Shown here piece after piece: positions 51,576 through 62,636 of a stretch of 64,000 nt of DNA. The notes under the pieces were generated by a model. The model was not told where the DNA came from and did no database searches. It was given only the letters and a program-made list of their open reading frames with translations. Position 1 is the stretch's first letter, and every line of letters begins with the position of its first letter. The stretch is taken from assembly GCA_026023565.1 (NCBI GenBank), contig JAPETS010000053.1, positions 1 to 64,000 on the forward strand, given 5' to 3'. Position numbers and translations under genes: made by a program. Source of the DNA: Cirrosporium novae-zelandiae. Taxonomy: Eukaryota.

Positions 51576-53191
51576 CCTCTTTTGGGAGATGGAAGGAGAA
51601 GGAAAGGGTGGAAACAGTGGTTGGTGGTGGATAAGGAAGGGATAAGTCGTTTGTGGGGTTAATCGTCTGGGTGGGTGTTATTATATCCCATCTTATCCTA
51701 TCCTATCCTATCCGTATATATATATACCTTACTCCTTACTCCTTACTCAGCACCCCAAAGAAAGAAAAAATAAGAAAAAATAAAAAAATAAAAAAATAAA
51801 ACTTTCCCCAAACAAAGCCATAGATTTAGAAGTTGGAACTCCGTGCCTTGTTATGCCTTCTTATCCCATCCCTTCCATTTGCATTTGCATTTGTATTTGC
51901 ATCTACATTTTGATAAGGGATTTAGTATGATTGGTATGATTTCGAGCCCCCCCTTTTTCAGTCTGGTATCTTATATCCTGTATGGTTGGTTTTTGGTTTT
52001 ATGTATACGTGGATATGGGAATAAGGGAATAGGGGGATAGGGGAATAGGGAATGGAGAGGGGAGTTGGTTGGTTTGGCTTTGTATGTGGAGAGGAGAGGT
52101 GTGTGTGGAGAGAGAGGTTGTTGGTTTGGATTGAAAGGTTATACGGAGAGGGGGTTTGCTGGTTGGTTAGTTGGTTGGTTAGTTGGTTGGGGCGTGGGAA
52201 CGTTTCTCTTTGGTGATGGTAATGTAGAGGGAAGCGATGTGGTAAAGGGGGGTATGGGATGGGGGTCAACTAGCCAGATATTCCTCATCCATTCATTATC
52301 CGTTGATACAGTATGGAGAATCCGATCTTTCTATAACTCAGGCTAAAATTGGCTGAGTTAGTTGAATAAATAAATAGATAAATGAATCAACGAATCAAAA
52401 AAGTACCACCTATAGTTTAACTAACAACCTAGGTACCTACCTACCTACCTACCTACCTACCTACCTACCTATCTACCTATTTAATGGTGTTATAATATTT
52501 ATAATTTTTAATAGGCACTTACTATCCCTCCCTACCTGCTTGAGAACGACGACGACAACGACAACGGCGACGACAACGGTAATATTATAGAGATGTGATA
52601 GTAGTGATGATTATTCATTATTTTACGCCCACATGCCGCTTAAAAGCCATGGCGGACAGATTGATGTAGTAGTAGTAACCGAACCGAACCGAATTAAATC
52701 GAATCAAATTGAATTTGGGGTTTTTTTTTCAAGTATATAACCAGAATCGAAAATATTGCCCCTTGAAAAAATAGACAAGGTAAATGAATGAGTGGCTGAC
52801 AACGTGTGTGTGTGTGTGCGATATTGCTAGGGTACAAGGTGTGATAATGATGATGCGTCCCTCATATGCGGTATCTGAATTGGATTGAATTTGAATGCTC
52901 CAGGCACCAGGAACCACGGAAATTGAAGTTGTAATAATAATAATAATGAAAACAAATCATGAAGATTTGAATGATAGAAGAGAGAGGAGAGGAATAGGCC
53001 AGACAGATAAAGCTACCTAGGTATATAAGAGAGTTCCTCGCGCCGGATATCATTTTGGAATAATCAAATCAATCAATCATAAAACGTAATCCACCACCCC
53101 CTTGGACCAATTTCCGCTTACACCACACGCTAGATGCCACCTAACACGATTCTTTTAACCATCCCCTTCCACACCCCACTTCCACACCCAC

Positions 53192-54827
53192 CTACTGATT
53201 CCCACTCAACCCCCCAACCCACGACGAAAAAGCAACCGGATTTCTCGTCTGCATGAAAACAGTCCCGGGACCCGTGAACTTGCATACCAACCCCTCACCG
53301 GAGCTGAGACCTGAGATGATTCCTCCGCTTGCGACGCGCTCGACGTTGTATTTGCAGTTCCAGCAGACGAGGTGGCCGTTGTCGATTATGTATTTTTCGC
53401 CTTCGATGAGCTGGTGGGGGAGGGGGGGGGAATGGTTAGTGTTATAGTTTTTATAAGAAGGGGTAGGGATGTTGGAGAGTATGTTGGAGGGGTTGTGATG
53501 GGGTATGGGGTTGGCTAATTTGAATTAAACTCAACTCCGTTTGCCTCGACAGAGCTAGCAGAGGTTATCGGGTTGGAGTTCGGAACGAGAACATGCTAGT
53601 CCCAGAGCAATCCAGGCAATTAGTATTTAGCCCTCGATGTATACCTGTGCTCGTTTGGCCGGAAGCCTCCCAAGATGACTTGGTAATTCTGCCACCTTTG
53701 ACAGCTGCCAGTATCCTAGGGACTCAGGTGTTTGCAAAGGACTAGATACTAATGGCCTAGTGCTAGAGGATAAAGGTGGATTGGTCCGAGTAAAGCAAAC
53801 AAAACATGACAATGACGACAGCAGTATACCCATCCAAGCTCTAAATTCTGGGAAAAAACTTACATCCTTTCTGATTATAGCCCCAAAACTTGAAAACCAC
53901 ACAACTCCATTTCCACTCATTTTATACACAAACAAACCCTCCCCGCTAAACATTGCTTTGCTTAGACTCTGCGCTTTGTAATCCTTGACTATGCCCTGCG
54001 TGCATGCGAGGAAATTATCCTTTCCTACATGCCATATGTTTTGAGGACTGTTGAGTTGTAGCATGGCGATATCACCCAGAGATGTGGGGGCCAGGAGAAG
54101 CTCGCCAGGACCGGTATAGGTACTGTGATTAATCTCGCCACCAGCGATAAACTTTTTCATGGAGAATTTGATAGAACCCTTCAGAGTCATGGTAGGGGAC
54201 ATGGAGATCATGGCACCGGGCTTCACCGACAACGGACAACCCATTGCAAGTTGAAACGTTAGGAGAGAGTTTGTATCTCTATGGCTGATCCTGAAGCTTC
54301 CACCGTTGAATGTTCCCACATCATCTTGCGTAGCCTGTGCTCCTATGAAATGTCCAGCCGGAGGAGCACCTCCCGGCATCTGCGCGACCCCACCGTTTGG
54401 AGGAAAGCCCGGAGAAGCCAAGCCAGGAGAGGCTAGAGGCATGCCAGGAGACATTGGTAGGGCCTGAGAATATGACTGTTGACGTTCTGGTGTTTGTGAT
54501 GGAGGTGGAGGATGTGATATTGACGAGTGCCTACCACCCGGAGCCGGTTGCATTTGGGGAGGTGGTGGATATCCTCCATTTTGAGGAGAAGCTTGTTGAG
54601 GGGGTGGAGGATAGTTTGCATGAAAACCTGGTGATTGAAGACCGGGTGAGGGCTGAGGTGGTGGCGGTGGGAAATGTTGGCCTGTAGAGGTCAATTGCTA
54701 GATTCAGAGCGATGTCGGTCATGGTCTCGTTACCTTGGGCCGAAGTTGGAGGAGCTGTGATGATTTAGTAGGAAATTGAAACTGATGCGCTATACTTACG
54801 AGGATAGTAATTCCCTTGACTAGACAT
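53192..54827 (-). CDS. AIM24/DUF124-family protein with Pro/Gln-rich N-terminus
   Basis: 4 exons (introns 54755-54799, 54682-54733, 53411-53863); [82 protein letters not shown]. Confidence 0.92.
53525..53775. ncRNA. Candidate structured RNA element inside AIM24 intron 3
   Basis: 36-nt imperfect stem 53612-53647 / 53725-53760, inner hairpin CCAAG-ATGA-CTTGG, second hairpin AACTCC...GGAGTT (53533-53580); no family recognised. Confidence 0.4.
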
Positions 54828-55233
54828 TGCGAAGAAAAATAAGAGGAAAAATAATTATTTAGATCAGAGCTGGGATGTAGTAATGGTAATTTCGGCTTGC
54901 CCCGCTTCTACCCCGCGATCAGGATAAGAAAAAAACCAAGGGGAGTTTTTGGGAGAAAAACAAAGCTCAAAGCTTTTGTATAATTCTTTAGACAATAGTT
55001 ATAAGTGAATGATAATATTCTAGAGTAGAGGGGAGATTTGGTCTGATCTATAAGAAAGCGCTGGTAAACTTTTGAGGATGGTAGTGCTGGGGGGGGGGTA
55101 AAGGTCAGCGCTAAAAAACAGGTAGACATTGGAGCTACGTTATTCATAGATGGTTTTCTGAATCGTAGTTAGGGAGGATACGGCTATGGGCGCTTATTGT
55201 GGATTGTGTAGTCTATCGGTAAGGATGGATAAG

Positions 55234-55290
55234 ATCACGTGGATGGATAGGTAAGGCTGTGTGGGTCACGTGGATGCCCAGATCACGTGG
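55234..55290. promoter_or_regulatory. Triple E-box (TCACGTGG x3) upstream of the AIM24-family gene
   Basis: GATCACGTGG, GGTCACGTGG and GATCACGTGG within 57 bp, ~410-460 bp upstream of the ATG. Confidence 0.6.
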
Positions 55291-56239
55291 GTTCATGAGT
55301 GGGAGTACGGGAGTCCTGTATGGGTGTGAGGGTGTGAAGGTGTGAAGGTGTGATGGTGTGATGGGATGATGGAATAAATGGGTGACCGAGAAGCGGAGAA
55401 GTGGAAAGATCACAGACCAAAGGTCATATCCCAGGTCCAAAGAATCCCAAAGGTCCAGCCAACAATTAATTTACAGTCATACAATAAAAAAATATAGCTT
55501 TTGTCCCTGTCAATAGTCATCATGCCATATTAACCCTTCTCTCTTTAATTGCAATGCAGCCACCAGAAGCATAGTCGAGGGTGAAGTTCTTCGGGAAATT
55601 GCATATGTTGCTCTGCATAAAGATAGTTAGGTGTATATATCATAAATAATCGGAATGATGCCTCCATCCGATGTTCCACGGCTTCATGATGAGGATATTG
55701 TGCATCGAGAGCATGAATGAAAGGTGCCATGGTACCTATTTCCTCTTACAAGGGTCTACGAGGACTGTGTTCAAGTGAAGTAAAATACCTTTCTAGAAGG
55801 ACCCTCAGAGTTTAATTTATAAAAGAGAATTTGTGTGAAACTGAAGTTCAAGGGGAGCAAAGGAAAGCAAAAGACTCTAGCATTTGCCTGATCAGGGCTT
55901 TTCTCTTGCTGTGTGGTTGTGGTAGGGGCTAGGCATACTCAAGTAATGGGTGGTGGGCAATGGTGGACAGTGGTGGACAGTGGTGGACAAAGGGTAACCT
56001 CTTCCCTGGGTATCGAGGTATCGAGGTATTGAGGGACTGGCTGGCAATGATGGCGCAGGGATTTTGTTATCAAGTCGAGTCAAATGGTAATATTACTCAA
56101 GTATTCATGTACTATGATACAAGTTAAACCAGACAAGGTTAGACTCCGCATCATCACATCACACCACCCTGGTACTCCCCCTCCCTTTCGTTGTCTGTTC
56201 GGGATAATTCTGGGATAAGCTCGATAACTCGATACTCTG

Positions 56240-56320
56240 GCCAGTCCATAGCCAGTCCATAGCCAGTCCATAGCCAGTCCATAGCCAGTCCATAGCCAGT
56301 CCATAGCTAGTCCAATAGCC
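56240..56320. repeat. 11-bp minisatellite (GCCAGTCCATA) x6 plus one variant
   Basis: Perfect copies 56240-56305. Confidence 0.95.
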
Positions 56321-57267
56321 TCTATAGCTTGTCCATGGTCAATCCATCCAATCCATCCAATCCATCCCATCCATCCCATCCATCCGTCTTCGGGGAAAGT
56401 CTTTGTCTGTTAGGTCTCGTTAGTACCAACCCACCAGTTCGGATGACACTACCTGAATCCAACGCGTCCCTCCTTCCGCGAAAATTTAAAAATCTTTTTT
56501 GCAGAAAATTAGGTTATTTAGGTACAAACCGTAAACAAATGGACTGATGTTCACAGCAAATCCCAATATTGGGATCCAGAAAGCCTCTGCAACTTTTCTG
56601 CAAACTTACTAAAGTGCTATGTAATCTCATCCCCATCACCCTCAAACACCCTAATCAACAACAAAACAACTTATTTGCTTCTTTTCAACTCTACCAACTC
56701 TACCAACAATTATTTGCTGCAGTACTTATCTGCATAGCCATAGCCATCTTGCCCCCGAGCTCACATATCATATTCTTCTTCTTCTTCCTTTCTACTTTTT
56801 CTCGTCAATTGCTGACATTCCATTAACTATTAACCATTGACCATTAACCATTAACAATTAACCAAAACTTATTGGGACCTAAACATCGTTTCCCGCCCCG
56901 CCATACCTTTCCTGGACCTTCAATTATCTCAGTCTTGCTTTTGTTTGTCGGTGCAAATCTAGCTTCATCTCTATCCGAGGTAATATATTTGCTCTGATAT
57001 CTGGTGGCCAAGAAACCGGATAGCTTACAAACGCTTTCCTTGAAATCCAAAACCTGTTGGTAAACAAACCAGATCTGTGGGAATCTCCGAGTCGATAAGA
57101 AGCGGAAATCGTTGCCTTGAAAAGAGGTCATTTCCATCTCATAACGGAGATCAACAAACCACCATAAAAACAAAACATTGCCTCACTTCTATCACCTCGT
57201 TTCTCGTCGAGGCCCAATCCTTCGTTACTCAATTACCTGAAATTGGTGATATCAAATTCTATTCACA

Positions 57268-58790
57268 ATGGCTGAGGATCCATCTCACAAAAAATCAATT
57301 TCCGACGATGTCGCTTTTCCGTGGATTCTCGATCACATCTTCGCATATCCCGCAACATACGACATCCCACTACGGACTATGTATACTATCAATTCCACCC
57401 CTCAAAATCAAATTCTACCTGAACTTTCTCAACAAACCTCTCATCATAACGGTGCTTCGCGTTCAATGGACGAATCATCATATTCGGCCTCATCTTCCTC
57501 TCACTGTTCCAGCACATCTCAGGATCTACGACAACAACAACTCGCGGCGCGCACTGCTGCAGCTCAATTCAAAGCAGCGCTTGTATCTCACATCTCTCAA
57601 TTACCTGAACAGCCTTGCTCTCTTCCACCCAACATGATTACCAACTTTGTTCGTCGTGTTTATACGGCCAATCTTGGGTCGGTTGACTTTGCTCAATCGC
57701 TTACTGCCCTAGATTATCTAAAAGATTTTGATCAACGTCGTCGCAAGGAAATCAAAATAGCATTAAAGCGTCTTAGCATTGATACCGACACCCTGGCTGC
57801 ATTGGACAAGCCTGAAGCCGGTGAAAAGGTTTCGCAGGATGAGGCAACCCATCTCCATGCAAATTATCCAGGGGTTGTTCAATGGGTCAAGTCAATTGAG
57901 GATAGGGAGAGAAAAGTTACCGCACTCTACACTCAGGTTTACCTTGGTCTTCGCCGTTGGGTAAGTTTGTTTCGAACAACTAGATGGATTCCTTGCTAAA
58001 CTCACTTCCATAGACAATGATCAACGAGATGTCTCTCAGACCTTTCCACAAGCCAAACTGTATCGCCATGCTCAATACGCTCTATCCTCCGGTTCCCATC
58101 TCTCAACCAACTCCTCAGCTCACCCCCGTCATTCTCGAAAACCAACGCAAGGGCTTCTTCCGCTACATCCAAGCAGTTGATAGAAATGGTGGTGAAGTCC
58201 TCTCCACGCTAATCCAACAAGGCAAACGTGAGGGAGAGGAGACTGGCTGGCCTGTTGTTCACGAAATGGTTGAAAAATATCTCCGTATGACCAATTCAAT
58301 CATTGATGATTGCTCCGAAATCAATGTGAACCACTTTGATGACGGTGAACCTCGGGAGCGTCGTCATGGAAAGAAGACAGACTCTGGTGTGAGCTTTGGT
58401 AGTATAAAGAGCGGACGTCCTTCTACTAGCAGCAGCACGAGCAGCACCCACAACAAAGAGAAACCACTGCCAGCATCTCCACCTCCCGAACAGCCCAAAG
58501 CCCGCAGCGTCATCAGTAAAATCTCACAGGAAATCAAGCGCATCCGCTCTCGCTCTGATGTCAAGGAAGTTGGAGACAAAGACCATAAAAAAGAAAGCAA
58601 GAGAGAGAAAGAAAAGCTCAAGACATTGAAGAAGATGAAATCTACTCCCAATCTCCCAGACAACAAGAGCAGCCATGGCGGTCATTCTCGAAGCGTTTCT
58701 GGAGATGCAGCCAAGTTTGATCCAGAAGAGATGAGACGAACTAGGATGATATGGGAAGCCAAGAACCGCAAAAACAGTACTGCCGAGTAG
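57268..58790 (+). CDS. Hypothetical fungal protein of unknown function
   Basis: 2 exons (intron 57961-58013) joined in frame; globular-looking motifs FPWILDHIFAYPATYDIPLRTMY, DFAQSLTALDYLKDFD.RRR, LYTQVYLGLRRW.MINEMSL.PF.K.NCIAMLNTLYPP, KTDSGVSFG; disordered Ser/Lys-rich tail. Confidence 0.85.
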
Positions 58791-60038
58791 CATGATGTTT
58801 AGGTTTTCTTTTATTTTTTTTATTCCAGCATAGCAAGTTATGTACAAGGTGACGATTCCCAAAGCCAGAAGCAAAAGAAATGGTACGGTCCGGCAGGCTT
58901 GCTTACAGCATTTTCGCAAGGCGCTTGGTGGTGTTTTTTGTTTTACTGTAATGATGGAACGATGATGGTTAACTGTGGCTAAATCCGTTCACGTCGCTCC
59001 TTACTGTTTATGATATGTCACTCTTTTTAAAAGTCCTGACGGTTTGATTTTGTGAGTTTGTTTTACATGATACTTTATTTGTCAAGCGCGACTACATTGC
59101 TGGCGCCTAAGAGGGAGGATAAGGGCGCAGGCTATGGAAAAGGAAATGCCAGGGACAAAAACAAAATCGGAAGGGATAGGGTCAAGGAACGGAAAGCAAA
59201 TTGCTGGAATAGCTATTTTGTTCTGTGCCTGATATGCCTGTCTGTACCAAGTGGCAAGAAGCCACGAATTGAATTGTGAATGAAACTCTTTCTAAAAATA
59301 TGGACAATTGTATTACGTACTCTGAGTATACTTGGTAGGAATACGAATATTTGAAGTTGAAGTAATGATTTGTAACTAGTGGATTTCGGCCGGGGATGAT
59401 TGAAAGGAGTGAGGCGTCCAGGTAATGCATACTTGGTAGAAAGTAGGTTGAATGCCGGTGATGGCAGTGAATCAGTGAGGATAACTTTAAAATCGGTTCT
59501 ACCAGTCACGTGGAATACAACAGGGATAATGATGTCAGTACAGCCCATGACTTTGGGTTTGGTAGGATGCACGGCACCGTTGACACGGTTTGCACGGTCA
59601 ATTTATTAAATCATTACTAATTAATAGTTACACAAACATTTACTGGACTAGTAATCTGGCATGGGTGAAAAGAATAATGAAATCTTTGAGCCACCGACTT
59701 CCTATTGGAACTTTGTTTTGTGGAATGATTTTGGTGATAATGACAAGAGGTAATTAATTATTACATGTACTTATACAGTAGCTTAGCAGAAGAAGAAAAG
59801 AACAAGGAAAAAAAGAGAAAAAAAAAGAAAAGTCAGGCAACCTTTTCTCTCACCGACCCACCGATTCTCGCCTTATCTTATCGCTGCGTCTACAAATCTG
59901 CCACATCCCTCTACCTTGAATACTTTGCATATTTGTAGCGGTAACACTCACTTCCTGTCGAGCACTCAATACTTCTGCAGCCCTATTACGCATATTACCT
60001 GTCTCAGACCTCATCTTGTGGACAACCCATTGCTCAAA

Positions 60039-60690
60039 ATGCCGAAGAACACTGCCATCTCCCCCAAAGATGACATCCCAGACCACCCTGTTTCAATCCT
60101 CTTCGTATGTCTAGGAAACATCTGTACGACTGCCACTCTTCATCTCCCCCAGTCAAATCATCGAATGATTATTCGTTCGTTTAAAAGTTTATATTTGCGG
60201 TACTAACGCCTCACAAACAGGTCGTTCCCCCATGGCCGAAGCGGTCTTCAAATCCCAGACCAAAGGCCACCCTGGCGTTGGGCAGGTTGACTCCTGCGGC
60301 ACGGCTGGCTACCATGTTCTCGAACCTCCAGACTTCCGTGCCATGTCCAAACTACGGCAAAAAGGAATCACCGACTTTGAGCACTCTGGCCGCCAAATCG
60401 CTTCTCAAGATTTCCACGACTACGATTACATACTCGGGATGGATGAAATGAATATGGAAAGTCTGGCGAGGCTGAGGGGAAGAAGAAAGAGTGCTTCGGG
60501 GGGAAGGGCGAGGGTCATGTTGTTTGGGGAGTTTGCAGGAAAGAATCGACCAGAGGAGGTGGTGGATCCATATTACGGGGGACAGGATGGATTTGAGGTT
60601 GTTTATGGGCAGTTGGTGAGGTTTACGAAGGGATTCGTGGACGAGGTAGCGGATAAAGTTGCTGAAAAGTTGAAGGGGGAGCAACAGTAG
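60039..60690 (+). CDS. LTP1: Low-molecular-weight protein tyrosine phosphatase
   Basis: ILFVCLGNIC/RSPMAEAVF P-loop split by intron 60124-60220; DSCGTAGYH, DYILGMD, DPYYGG. Confidence 0.96.
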
Positions 60691-61019
60691 GGGTTTGACT
60701 ACATCCTAGGGATAGGAGGCTTACGAAAAGAAGAGGCCAGGAATCAGCATGACGACAAGAGCAACGACTATGCAAAAAAAAAAACCCCTCATAGGTTCGA
60801 GATATGAGATACGAAGTGTTTATATGGAATATAGATACAAAGGACAAGATACCAGATAGACCCTATACACGACCCCCCTCTCCTCCGGAAAACTAGGGAA
60901 AGCAAGCAGGACATCCGGGACCCACCAATACCAAAAAAAAAAAAAAACAATAAACCATGAATGACTTGCAACAGATAGATGACCAGATAGCTAGATAGCT
61001 AGACGCAACTAGATAAACA

Positions 61020-62460
61020 GATAAACAGATAAACCAATCAAGAACCTCTCCTCCCTCTCTAGCGCTCTCGACCTACAGTACTTACTCTATATCCAACCTC
61101 CAACTAGAACAACAGTGTGACCAATCACTAGCGCTCTCAACCTACTCTATATTCAACCCCCAACCCCCAACCTAGTCTATAGACTCTCCAGAGGGAGAGC
61201 GAGATAAACTTCCCATCCCATCCCATCCCATCTCATATGCAGACACAAACCCAAAACCCAAAACCTACATCCTTGGTACATGCAACAAACGAGCCAACCA
61301 ACCAACCAACAGAAGAAGACGATCCCAGTGATTGGTGGCGCACTTGGAAATCGAATCTGCTAAGCAAGTAACCTGGTATTTACTGCATGGGATTCCGACA
61401 CAAACACACACAACTTACTCTACTCGAGTACTCAAGTACTCAAGTACTTCCTATACTACGAAGTAAATCCTGCCGGATGTCCATAAATACCCTGCAAGGT
61501 TTGGGACCGATTCCCAAGAGCGCTAATTAATGATTGGTCACATTGGTACTATGTATGTATCAATATTTCTTCTTCTTCTTCTTCTTCTTCTTCTTCTTCT
61601 CTCAGTACAGGACTTTCTGCTTCCCACGAACCAACCGACCAAACGATCGACCAGCCGACCGACCGAACCGAGCGAAAGGGATTTTTACTTTCCACCCTGA
61701 GATATACTCGAGTAGGGAAGGTGAGATTGACTTCCCATCCCCCATTCCCATCTCATCGCATCGCATCGCATCTGCATATGTACGTAGTAGATACAAACCT
61801 ACAAAATCTTGCATCCCTTGGTACTTTGGGGACATGTAACGAACGAATGAACTGACTATAGTACACTGATGCTCTCGGGAATCGAACTCAACCTGGTATT
61901 TTATGGCATCTTCCATCTGTACAAGTACAAAGTACTCATATCAGATCAAATAAATACAAAATACCAAGTTACGAAGCAAATTACAAATGGAGTAGATTTT
62001 TTTCATCCATCCATCTATCTATCGACTTGGTATCTACCTACCTACATGTAACGAACAAACGAACGAACCGACCAACACTGATGCTCTCGGGAATCGAACC
62101 TAACCTGGTAGACTATTTACTATGTAATCATGGCATCCTACCAAGTACACATGTAACGAACCAACCAACCAACCAACCAATCCATCCTGATGCTCTCCGG
62201 GAATCAGAACCCCTAGTCAAATCTGATATTTACTGTGTAGAGAGAGTATTGCATCCCACAGTACTCGAGTAGTACTACGTACATGTAACGGACCACATAG
62301 CTAACTAATTAACCAACGAACGAACCAACCAATCCAACCACACTTATCCTCAAAATCAAATAAATCCAAAATCCAAAATCTAAACACAAACACAAAACCC
62401 AAATCCATCCATCTATCTACTTGTTTTGTATCCACCTACCTACCTAGACTACTACCTCTA
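61020..62460. repeat. Mosaic of direct and inverted degenerate repeats containing a B-box-like motif
   Basis: Exact 25-mer ACACTGATGCTCTCGGGAATCGAAC at 61863 and 62075; variants at ~62187 and ~61336; inverted copy ~61410-61550; duplicated blocks ~61190-61300/61710-61850 and ~61940-62045/62350-62450. Confidence 0.75.
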
Positions 62461-62559
62461 TACCCAACATCTTCATCTACCAGTAGACTATACAAATAGA
62501 TATACTTTCTTTCACCTTTTTCCCTATACTATACTAGACTATACTATACTATAGCCCCG

Positions 62560-62599
62560 TTCATTCATTCATTCATTCATTCGTGCCAAGATCCCATGT

Positions 62600-62636
<37 letters not shown>

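Larger units (their letters stand above)
49690..51880. repeat. Large degenerate palindrome (arms ~49690-50730 and ~51060-51880)
   Basis: At least five ordered reverse-complement anchors (listed in findings), with independent microsatellite expansions in each arm. Confidence 0.75.

Noticed and set aside
48659..53053. Numerous short ORFs in the low-complexity blocks, and antisense ORFs within real genes
   Set aside because: Products of microsatellites or shadow frames; no coding signal.
53525..53560. RNase MRP CR-V-like text (CAAACGGAGTTGA) in the AIM24 intron
   Set aside because: No matching CR-I/P4 partner upstream; the bases are explained by a local hairpin.
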